A stretch of DNA of 40,186 nucleotides from a virus (Duplodnaviria; Caudoviricetes). Numbering within the stretch: the stretch's first letter is position 1; each line of letters begins with the position of its first letter. A program made the translations under genes and the position numbers. The notes beneath the pieces were generated by a model that saw nothing but the letters and a program-made list of their open reading frames with translations, made no database searches and had not been told where the DNA came from. This document shows positions 1-6,863 of the stretch, piece after piece. Where the stretch lies: positions 1-40,186 of IMG/VR virus record IMGVR_UViG_3300043173_000130, one strand, 5' to 3'.

Positions 1-37
1 CTTCACTGGTGCCAGTGACCGGTAGATGAAAGTCCTT

Positions 38-192
38 GGGGCGGGCCGGTGGCCCGGCCCCCTGCTCCGCCAAAACGACGCCCTGTACGCCCTCGTGAGC
101 GTTTTAAATGGGGTACCCTTGGGGGTAGGTAGGGGGTAAAAAGTGACTACTGGACGGGCGTACAGTAAAAACCCTTTAAAAACAAGGGGTTA
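38..192. repeat. Cluster of nested inverted repeats, G-tracts and an IHF-like site downstream of the left-arm genes
   Basis: GC hairpin 38-61; aaaacg 72-77 / cgtttt 100-105; ctgtacgccc 83-92 / gggcgtacag 156-165; aaacaaggggtta 180-192 matches WATCAANNNNTTR with 1 mismatch. Confidence 0.55.
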
Positions 193-293
193 GGCTGGCT
201 GAAAGCGCAACGGGGCCAGCGAGCTCCGCACATAGGCGCCGAGTGGGTGACTGAAGCCCGGCTCGGCTACTCCCGCTAACTTGGAGCATTCTG

Positions 294-677
294 TTAGCCT
301 TGGTCCACGTAGCCCTTGCCACGCGGAACCCCGCTATCAGGGTTCATGTATTTGTTCATGCCATCCACACTATCCAGAGCTTCCCTGGCCTCATCCAGCC
401 CATACTTTTCAGCGTGCTGCTGCGCCAGTACGTCACCCGTAGCTCCTGGTCCCGTGGTTACTTCAACCTGCGCCCCCAGTTCGTACTCAATTAGCTTTTC
501 CAGGAAATGCTTGGCCTTGCGCAAGTCTTCCAGCCCATTCTTTTCCTTCCAGCGCAGCACGTACTTGAATATTTGTGCTTCCATGTAGGGCATTTTGTGC
601 ATCAGTACGAAATCCCAATGCTCTATGGGGAAACCTTTGTAGTGGGAGTCCCCCACTTGGCGTTCATTTGCTGTCAT
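294..677 (-). CDS. DUF3310 (T7 gp1.7 nucleotide kinase-like) protein
   Basis: QVGDSHYK..IEHWDF..IFKYVLRWKEKNGLEDLRKAKHFL is the DUF3310 signature; RBS CGAGGTGAA; ATGA overlap with the upstream gene. Confidence 0.85.
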   Translation of the reverse strand: MTANERQVGDSHYKGFPIEHWDFVLMHKMPYMEAQIFKYVLRWKEKNGLEDLRKAKHFLEKLIEYELGAQVEVTTGPGATGDVLAQQHAEKYGLDEAREALDSVDGMNKYMNPDSGVPRGKGYVDQG

Positions 678-1663
678 TTTTCACCTCGTCTATGTAACCA
701 ACTCACACAAGCATAGCGCCAGTCAGGGGCGTCTATGCGGTCGGCCCATACCTGGGCACCCTTGATATCCTTAAACTTGTACGCTTTGAGTGCTTGCCAC
801 ATAGGGTATGCTACACCAGACAAAAAAGGATAGCTAGTGAGTTCACCATGCGGTGTTTCTAGCCAGTCACACAGCGCATGGTAGAAGTCTAGGTGGTCAC
901 CTGTAAACAACTCAGGCCCTGGCATTATTTCTTTAGTCAGTGTGTATAGGTTGTTCTCATCATTGGGGAAGTTGCTGTACACCTCTTCAAACCGTGGCAT
1001 ATCGGGGTAGACGTGGAAATTGTTGCTGAACTGGGTGTATCTGCCCACGTCCATGTTGAGTGCGCAGGCTATATACTCCTGCATGAAGCTCATGTGGACT
1101 ACGTTTGCCCCGTAGCACCCCCAGATGGCGTCGTTGCTTCGGCAACACACAGTAAGGTCAAGTTCTGCTTCTGTATTACGGTGGGTGATGCTGATGTATG
1201 CGTGGGTGTTGCAGGGAATGTCCTTGCCCCCATTGTGGTCAAAGGCGGGGTTCCACATCGTTAGAACGGCCCGCCTGCTGTCTGGGTCTTTACGTAGCTG
1301 GTTTATCACAGCGTTAAGTTGGTCGTAACCAAACTCATGTCGCCAGCGATATCCGTAGGCCCCCTGTAAGAACCTGCCGTCATCGCTGTATTCGTACATA
1401 CGCTTCACTATGTTGCCCACGTACTCAACGTCGTTGCGCCCCGCCAGCATCCACAGGGCTTCAAAGAAGTGAAAGAAAGGGTTGGCGTCCCTTACAGAGT
1501 CGAATAGTACACGCTCCCTAGGATTGTGATAAACATTAACCACGGGACCAGGAGCCACAATAACCGGACCATTACGACTTTCTTGCATTTCGCCATCAAT
1601 TTTAAGATGCCATAAGCCATCCGGATAATTATCATTTACGTTGCGTCTAGATATCACGTGCAT
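674..1663 (-). CDS. Thymidylate synthase superfamily protein, probable dUMP hydroxymethylase
   Basis: SRNG, ANPFFHFFEALWMLAG, GAYGYRWR, DPDSRRAV, catalytic DIPCN, RSND..WG..GAN (Asn points to dUMP rather than dCMP), NNFHVY; adjacent to hmU kinase-like gene. Confidence 0.88.
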   Translation of the reverse strand: MHVISRRNVNDNYPDGLWHLKIDGEMQESRNGPVIVAPGPVVNVYHNPRERVLFDSVRDANPFFHFFEALWMLAGRNDVEYVGNIVKRMYEYSDDGRFLQGAYGYRWRHEFGYDQLNAVINQLRKDPDSRRAVLTMWNPAFDHNGGKDIPCNTHAYISITHRNTEAELDLTVCCRSNDAIWGCYGANVVHMSFMQEYIACALNMDVGRYTQFSNNFHVYPDMPRFEEVYSNFPNDENNLYTLTKEIMPGPELFTGDHLDFYHALCDWLETPHGELTSYPFLSGVAYPMWQALKAYKFKDIKGAQVWADRIDAPDWRYACVSWLHRRGEK

Positions 1664-1835
1664 CAGGTGTCACCTCGTCAATAAACTCCAGCCCGTGATC
1701 TTCTGCAAACACCTCCGCATCTTCTATACAACCGAAGACCTGTATCCAGGTGGGCGGCTCCCCCGGCACGTTCAGATTAGCAGTTACCCTGCCATCATCA
1801 AACTGTGTTCTTACTGTAAGGGTGCCTTCAGCCAC
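1647..1835 (-). CDS. Small acidic hypothetical protein (62 aa from GTG 1835)
   Basis: Fills the gap between neighbours and overlaps both; the track start at 1865 is probably too long. Confidence 0.6.
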   Translation of the reverse strand: MAEGTLTVRTQFDDGRVTANLNVPGEPPTWIQVFGCIEDAEVFAEDHGLEFIDEVTPDARDI

Positions 1836-2679
1836 TTCGGTACCTCTGCTTCGGTTTGCCCTCACCTAAGTAGGTGCGGTCGTATTTATCGAATTCGCAC
1901 AAGCAGTTTTGGAAGTCTTGCATATCTATTCCAGGCATCGGGTTAAGCCTGTCGCGTATGCGCCCCCACATAGCCAGGGCCACCCCCATAAAAGAACCCC
2001 TGGTGACGCCTGTCGAGCCTACCAGACGCTTTAATCCCCGCATACTACCAGGGCCAGGGGCACACCATGTGAGGTGGTCAGCGGCGTCCTGTAGCGGGTG
2101 TCCAGGCGTGTTCTTGAGGTCCGCAATAATCTGTGCTGCTAGGAAATCACCGAGTCCTTTCACGTTTGTTAGCCTGCTGTGGTAGTCTGCCAGTGTAACA
2201 TAACATGGCGTTCTTAGCACGCGGTCTTTATAGACGTCGTTCACCACACGGTAGACATAGTCTATCTTATCCATCTTAACGCCGCAGGTGGTGATAAGAT
2301 ACGCCCCGTTGAAGCACTTTTCCCCACGGGCACGCCGATCCTTAGACACACGGCACATATCATCTAAGTCCCAGCTTATAAAGGGCTGGAGTTCAACTAG
2401 GTGGTCGGGTAGGTTGAACATTCGGGCTAGAGTCATAGCCGCAGTGAGGTTCGAGTGGGTAGCGTTTTCGTTCCGCCAGTTACGGGCAACCCACTTCGTT
2501 ACTTTATCATTTTCCCTATGTACGTTGCAAAATCTATAGCTCTGCAAGATGGTATCACTGGTCCATGGGGGTTGCACCCCGTTCATACGCTTGGCGTAGA
2601 TACTGTACCGCTCGTTAATCCAATGAATTAACCTTCCTTCTACCATCTGCATAGGCTCTTTTCCATTGTATGCGTACAT
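1828..2679 (-). CDS. 5-hmdU DNA kinase-like protein (aGPT-Pplase1, helical glycosylase-like fold)
   Basis: WINERYSI..PWTSDTILQSYRFCNVHRENDKVT, FNGAYLI, GLGDFLAAQIIADL, PGPGSMRGL, QNCLCEFDKY; true start may be ATG 2652. Confidence 0.85.
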   Translation of the reverse strand: MYAYNGKEPMQMVEGRLIHWINERYSIYAKRMNGVQPPWTSDTILQSYRFCNVHRENDKVTKWVARNWRNENATHSNLTAAMTLARMFNLPDHLVELQPFISWDLDDMCRVSKDRRARGEKCFNGAYLITTCGVKMDKIDYVYRVVNDVYKDRVLRTPCYVTLADYHSRLTNVKGLGDFLAAQIIADLKNTPGHPLQDAADHLTWCAPGPGSMRGLKRLVGSTGVTRGSFMGVALAMWGRIRDRLNPMPGIDMQDFQNCLCEFDKYDRTYLGEGKPKQRYRSG

Positions 2680-3403
2680 CAGTTCGCTCCTTACCGCCCC
2701 AAGCGGTCTTCGTACGTTTTTTCACCAGGGTTACATACTCTGGGAACGCAGTGGCTAGCTCACGTGCCGCCCGCGCCTGCTCGTCCATAGTACGGTACTG
2801 GCTACACCCTCCATCGGTGTTGCTACCCACTTGGTCGTGTACCCAATCACTGAGGAGCAGGTTGCCATAGCCCGCAGTCAGCAAGCTAAGGCTCACGTAG
2901 AAGTCTTCCATCAGGTGCATGGCGTCAAAGCGTATGTCATGCAAGCGCAGCACAGTGACATCATAGGCCAGCACACGTAGAGTCCTGGTGTTGCGGTAAA
3001 ATTCGTTGGGCAGCCTGTTCCCGCCCTCCCTGGTACAGACGCCAACGTGAGCGTGAAACTCTAGGTGGGTACGGATGGCGTCAAGCATCATATCCACAAC
3101 GGTGTTGTTCGCTGGTTGAAACTTGGTACGGTCATCAAACCTGCGCTCAAAGAAGGTAAGGTCGTCATCCAGCATCAACAGATACTGGCCGGGACAGTTA
3201 TCAACTATCCACTGACGCGTGTTGCCGATGCCGTTCACTGGGCACTTCAGTATTTGTGCCCCGCTGCCTGAGCAACGGGTCATGTATTCGGGCCACTCGT
3301 CGGATGGCACCACTACTGAGGCGTTCCGCCGCCAAGAAAATGGAAGATTCTCAAGCGTAATCTGACGCGTAGCTCTACCAGAGCTAGGAATATAGATGTG
3401 CAT
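2615..3403 (-). CDS. GT-A glycosyltransferase of the TAGT/GREB1/JGT (base J glucosyltransferase-related) family
   Basis: IYIPSSGR, GIGNTRQWI, LMLDDDL (DxD), EDFYVSLSLL..G, NTDGGCS; RBS CGAGGTGAA. Confidence 0.82.
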   Translation of the reverse strand: MHIYIPSSGRATRQITLENLPFSWRRNASVVVPSDEWPEYMTRCSGSGAQILKCPVNGIGNTRQWIVDNCPGQYLLMLDDDLTFFERRFDDRTKFQPANNTVVDMMLDAIRTHLEFHAHVGVCTREGGNRLPNEFYRNTRTLRVLAYDVTVLRLHDIRFDAMHLMEDFYVSLSLLTAGYGNLLLSDWVHDQVGSNTDGGCSQYRTMDEQARAARELATAFPEYVTLVKKRTKTAWGGKERTDVRIQWKRAYADGRRKVNSLD

Positions 3404-3422
3404 TATTCACCTCGTAAAGATC

Positions 3423-3447
3423 GGGGGCGGGTCGATGGCCCGCCCCC
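3423..3447 (-). terminator. GC-rich hairpin after the 3459-3938 gene, probably a leaky terminator
   Basis: gggggcgggtc-gat-ggcccgccccc; only a short U-tract on the minus strand; near copy at 38-61. Confidence 0.5.
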
Positions 3448-3458
3448 TAGCGGAAAGA

Positions 3459-3938
3459 TCACGCGCTAGCGCGGGAGCCCTCGCCTTCTTTCGGCTTCTT
3501 TGCGGCGGCGGCGTCAGCCTTTGCCTTCTTATCCGCTGCGGCAGCCTCTTTCTTTGCGGCAGCCAGCTTCGCTTTCTCGGCCTTGGCAGCTTCTTTGGCT
3601 ACTTTCTTTTCCGCCTTGGCCTTCTGCTCGGCTTCGTACGCGGCCTTCATCTCCGGGGTCTCGTTCACGGCAATGAAGCCATGCTCGCTATCCCACTTGA
3701 GGTCTGCGTAGGTTGGTCCGCCCTCCTGGGCGATGGCTTGGGCAACCGTCATGCCATTACGGTACTTGAACCGGTCGTAGCTCTTGCTGCCCTTACGCTT
3801 CGGGTTGCTGTCCACGCGCAACGTAATCACACCTTCCGATGGAAACAGGGGGCTGCCCCGCTGCTTCATTTTCTTTTCGCCATCCTGGGCTTTATCATCC
3901 TTGGGTGGGTTGCTTCGGGTACCTTTCTCATCGGCCAT
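3459..3938 (-). CDS. Putative DNA-binding protein: NPKRxGSKS-type small domain plus histone H1-like Ala/Lys tail
   Basis: NPKRKGSKSYDRF..GMTVAQAI..ADLKWD..GFI followed by AKAEKK/AAAKK repeats; strong RBS AAGGAG and own promoter. Confidence 0.75.
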   Translation of the reverse strand: MADEKGTRSNPPKDDKAQDGEKKMKQRGSPLFPSEGVITLRVDSNPKRKGSKSYDRFKYRNGMTVAQAIAQEGGPTYADLKWDSEHGFIAVNETPEMKAAYEAEQKAKAEKKVAKEAAKAEKAKLAAAKKEAAAADKKAKADAAAAKKPKEGEGSRASA

Positions 3939-3971
3939 GTTATTGGCTCCTTTCTGTTGAGTGAGTGTTAG

Positions 3972-4014
3972 TGCCCTTGCATACTAGCACTTGTCGTTGT
4001 CATTTGCAAGGGCA
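3972..4014 (-). promoter_or_regulatory. Sigma70-like promoter inside a 10-bp inverted repeat
   Basis: TTGCAA (4009-4004), 17 bp, TAGTAT (3986-3981) with TG extension; IR tgcccttgca 3972-3981 / tgcaagggca 4005-4014. Confidence 0.7.
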
Positions 4015-4226
4015 GGTGTCCAATCTTTGTTTATTCTCCAGACCTCCGGTCTTTTTCTACAGCTAGGCTTGAACTCTTTTCTTGCTAGGCGTTGGCATTC
4101 CCTACACGCCCCCGTGCTGACAAACCGCTCAGGCGAATGGCTGTGCTTACAGGATTGCCCGATGTAGATAGACCTACCCTGCGCCTGGGCACGTTCACGG
4201 GCAGCATTGTTACTCGGAGCGGTAAT
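3984..4226 (-). CDS. Unannotated 80-aa zinc-finger protein lacking a canonical start (ATT start or frameshift)
   Basis: Manual translation ITAPSNNAARERAQAQGRSIYIGQSCKHSHSPERFVSTGACRECQRLARK...; resembles the phage C-K-H-x-H...R...G-x-C-x-E-C Zn module. Confidence 0.55.
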   Translation of the reverse strand: MTAPSNNAARERAQAQGRSIYIGQSCKHSHSPERFVSTGACRECQRLARKEFKPSCRKRPEVWRINKDWTPALANDNDKC

Positions 4227-5682
4227 TTCGTAACCCCACTAGGAACTTCTCCTGAGTCGCTTCTTTATCGTACAGCGTAGCCACCACTACTTCATCCAAC
4301 GTATTTTCTGCGATAATACGATGGAGAATAACTGTTTGTGCAGTATTCCCTTGGCGATGTACGCGCTGAATTGTTTGTAGGTAATGCTCAAGGTTCCACG
4401 TGATACCGTACATAATGATATGGCGGCACGAATCCTGTAACCCATCAATACCGTGCCCCATCGACGCAGGGTGTCCAATGAGCAATGGCAAGTCTCCCGC
4501 CGCGAAAGCCCGTATGTACTGGTCTGATTTCTTCGCACTGGTACCTCCTCCTATGGCCGGGGCATCAAACTTTTCCTGTAGCCGCTGGCGATCATGGTCA
4601 AACTCGTAGATTAACAGGGCGGGTTGTCCCTGTAACTGCTCCACTAGGTCCACCGTGGCGTCTATCTTGGCGTCGTGTACTATATGAACCTCGCGCTGTG
4701 GGCGGTATTCAACTTCTGCACCATAGATGGCACCGTTGGCGATTTGCCTACACTTGACGCCCGCCGCCGCCGCGTTCCCCGCAGTTATGGGGGTATCTGC
4801 GATAAGGCTAAAGAAGTGGTTTTCAATCTCCTTATACATCCGCATGGCATCTTTCGGCAACTGTACCTTGATGTCATCAGTAATAAGTTCGGGCAGTTCC
4901 AACCAGTCGCTGCCCTTTATACGGAGGACATACGGGTCAATTGCATCTTGAATTTCCTCAAGTGCGGATTCTTTCGGTGTCCAGGTATACCCGCCATATC
5001 CAGAAGAGTAAAAGAATTTATTCCGGTAGCCTGTGATGTATCGACCGAGGGATAATCCCTCGTCCAGAATGTAAATCTGGCCAAATAGATCCATAAGCCC
5101 ATTTGGTGCAATCGTCCCGGTGAGGATGTACCGCCTCTTGAAATACCCAAGATGTCGTCGTAAACACTTGGAACGTATGCTTTGCCCGTTCTTGAATTTC
5201 GTGCTTTCATCAACGCACAGTACGTCGCAATCGAGTATGCGGAGGTTTTGGTCATCAGTGTGATATCCACGTTGCTTGCGCCTATAGTTAAGAAGCCACG
5301 GTACGGCTTCAGGGTTTATAAGGTGGATGTCTGCATCAACGTGCAGCGCCTCTTCCTTATTAGGGCCATGGATAATGTTTACCGTCAGGCCCGCAAAATT
5401 CGCCCACTTCTGTACCTCCCTGGGCCAAACTGAGTAGCAGACTCTCAGCGGTGCAATCACCAGCAACTTTTTGTTGATACCTGAGCTCTTCAGGAGTTTC
5501 AAAGCCGAAAGCACTGTAGATGTCTTCCCTAGGCCGGGATCCATAAGAAGGCCCGCACAAGCCTGGGTGAGCATAACGCGGACCCCCTCCTCTTGATAGC
5601 CGTGCGGATTCCATACAGGCTTGGGTAAACTGTATTGCGCAGTCTGCGTCGTCAAAGGTTTCACAGATTTGTTGTCGCTCAT
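4210..5682 (-). CDS. SNF2-family (SF2) helicase
   Basis: PHGYQ, DPGLGKT (Walker A), VDES (Walker B), LTGT, HPASMGHGIDGLQ, QRVHRQG. Confidence 0.93.
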   Translation of the reverse strand: MSDNKSVKPLTTQTAQYSLPKPVWNPHGYQEEGVRVMLTQACAGLLMDPGLGKTSTVLSALKLLKSSGINKKLLVIAPLRVCYSVWPREVQKWANFAGLTVNIIHGPNKEEALHVDADIHLINPEAVPWLLNYRRKQRGYHTDDQNLRILDCDVLCVDESTKFKNGQSIRSKCLRRHLGYFKRRYILTGTIAPNGLMDLFGQIYILDEGLSLGRYITGYRNKFFYSSGYGGYTWTPKESALEEIQDAIDPYVLRIKGSDWLELPELITDDIKVQLPKDAMRMYKEIENHFFSLIADTPITAGNAAAAGVKCRQIANGAIYGAEVEYRPQREVHIVHDAKIDATVDLVEQLQGQPALLIYEFDHDRQRLQEKFDAPAIGGGTSAKKSDQYIRAFAAGDLPLLIGHPASMGHGIDGLQDSCRHIIMYGITWNLEHYLQTIQRVHRQGNTAQTVILHRIIAENTLDEVVVATLYDKEATQEKFLVGLRNYRSE

Positions 5683-5893
5683 GTAGTTGCCTATGAAGTT
5701 CTGCTTGGCCTGGATAAATTTTCGCGCCTAGCTTTTTAAACTCTACCCATATTATACCACCGACTGCCAGAACTACAAGCCTGTCGGGGCGGTTTTTTGC
5801 TCCCATTACATTCATCTTTATGGCTATACAGCCGATGGCGGTAGCCAGCTTGACGTATTGCTTTTCTATGTCTTTTTCTAGCCGAAATTGCAT
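5360..5893 (-). CDS. VRR-NUC domain nuclease
   Basis: LEKDIEK, PDRLV, WVEFK..Q motifs in the first ~95 aa; C-terminal extension overlaps the helicase. Confidence 0.85.
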   Translation of the reverse strand: MQFRLEKDIEKQYVKLATAIGCIAIKMNVMGAKNRPDRLVVLAVGGIIWVEFKKLGAKIYPGQAELHRQLHERQQICETFDDADCAIQFTQACMESARLSRGGGPRYAHPGLCGPSYGSRPREDIYSAFGFETPEELRYQQKVAGDCTAESLLLSLAQGGTEVGEFCGPDGKHYPWP

Positions 5894-6522
5894 GGCCCGC
5901 CCTCACTTTTACGATAGTCACAGTATTTGCACATCCAACCTGGTCGTGGAGCGCACTCAGTGTCTACGTTCATCATGGTTACACGGTCATCCCATCGCTT
6001 GCGCACAGTAGGAATATGGCTACGGTCTAGAAATACAGGCTTACCCCAAGACCCCGGCTTTTCGTCCAGGTAGTAGCACCGCCCTTCAACACGCTCAACG
6101 TCTTGGTAGTGGCACAGGGTCGCCAAGCAGTAAAGCTCAAGCTGTTCCTGGTGATTGTTGTACCGCTTGCCTGATTTATAGTCTACCACCTGGGCCGTGG
6201 TATTATCTACCACCAGCACGTCCAGTATGGCAATAAGATCACGTTCTGCTTCTTCAATGGGCTGCCAGTCGGGGTCCAGCCACAGCTTTATTTCACGCTC
6301 TCCCCTCTCTAGATGCTCCAGATGAGGCTGGTGGGGGCGTATCCACTCGGGCATGGTTAGCTGCTCCCCGCCCAGGTGCTCTTCAAGTTCCTTGTGCATA
6401 TGCACCCCCCGATAAGCGGCAGGGTGTTTCTCTACAGTGACTTCCACCTTGTCGTCGTAGCGATACTTTTTCTTCGCCGGGCACTGTTCGTAGGTGCCTA
6501 GCTTGCTGTAGCTCCAACTCAT
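5878..6522 (-). CDS. PD-(D/E)XK (RecB/Cas4-like) exonuclease with 4-Cys cluster
   Basis: SWSYSKL..EQCP, GVHMH, LDVL, VDYKSG, QLELY, CKYCDY..C. Confidence 0.9.
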   Translation of the reverse strand: MSWSYSKLGTYEQCPAKKKYRYDDKVEVTVEKHPAAYRGVHMHKELEEHLGGEQLTMPEWIRPHQPHLEHLERGEREIKLWLDPDWQPIEEAERDLIAILDVLVVDNTTAQVVDYKSGKRYNNHQEQLELYCLATLCHYQDVERVEGRCYYLDEKPGSWGKPVFLDRSHIPTVRKRWDDRVTMMNVDTECAPRPGWMCKYCDYRKSEGGPCNFG

Positions 6523-6863
6523 TGCAGTGCCTCGCTTAACTTTTTCGCTTCTGTTTGCCCGGTGATATACTCGACATCTACCACGTCACCAGTTTTAAGT
6601 TCATCCCAATGTTTAATGATGTAGGTGTGGGCATGGGGGAGGGTAGTCGCCCCACCGGGCCATTCGTAAGGGTCGCAAGTGGCAAACCCTGACCCGCCTG
6701 CAAGGGGAGTCATCAACACGTACTCGCCCTGTCCATCGGGGTCTGGGCCATAGCCCGACCGAGACAGCAGGTAACGCTCCCCCTCACAGCTAGGCTTGAG
6801 GCGTATACACAGGACAGGCATGAAAGTGGCGGCGTCACGGATTTCTAGTATTTTTACTTCCAT
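6519..6863 (-). CDS. Hypothetical phage protein
   Basis: Stop/start overlaps with both neighbours. Confidence 0.75.
   Translation of the reverse strand: MEVKILEIRDAATFMPVLCIRLKPSCEGERYLLSRSGYGPDPDGQGEYVLMTPLAGGSGFATCDPYEWPGGATTLPHAHTYIIKHWDELKTGDVVDVEYITGQTEAKKLSEALQ

Noticed and set aside
194-287. tRNA gene
   Set aside because: No T-loop GTTCRA, D-loop or cloverleaf on either strand
674-1663. Canonical ThyA or dCMP hydroxymethylase
   Set aside because: Asn at the specificity position argues against dCMP; divergent motifs and the adjacent hmU kinase-like gene favour dUMP hydroxymethylase, though this is not proven
5878-6522. CRISPR-associated Cas4
   Set aside because: No array or other cas genes; standard phage replication exonuclease context
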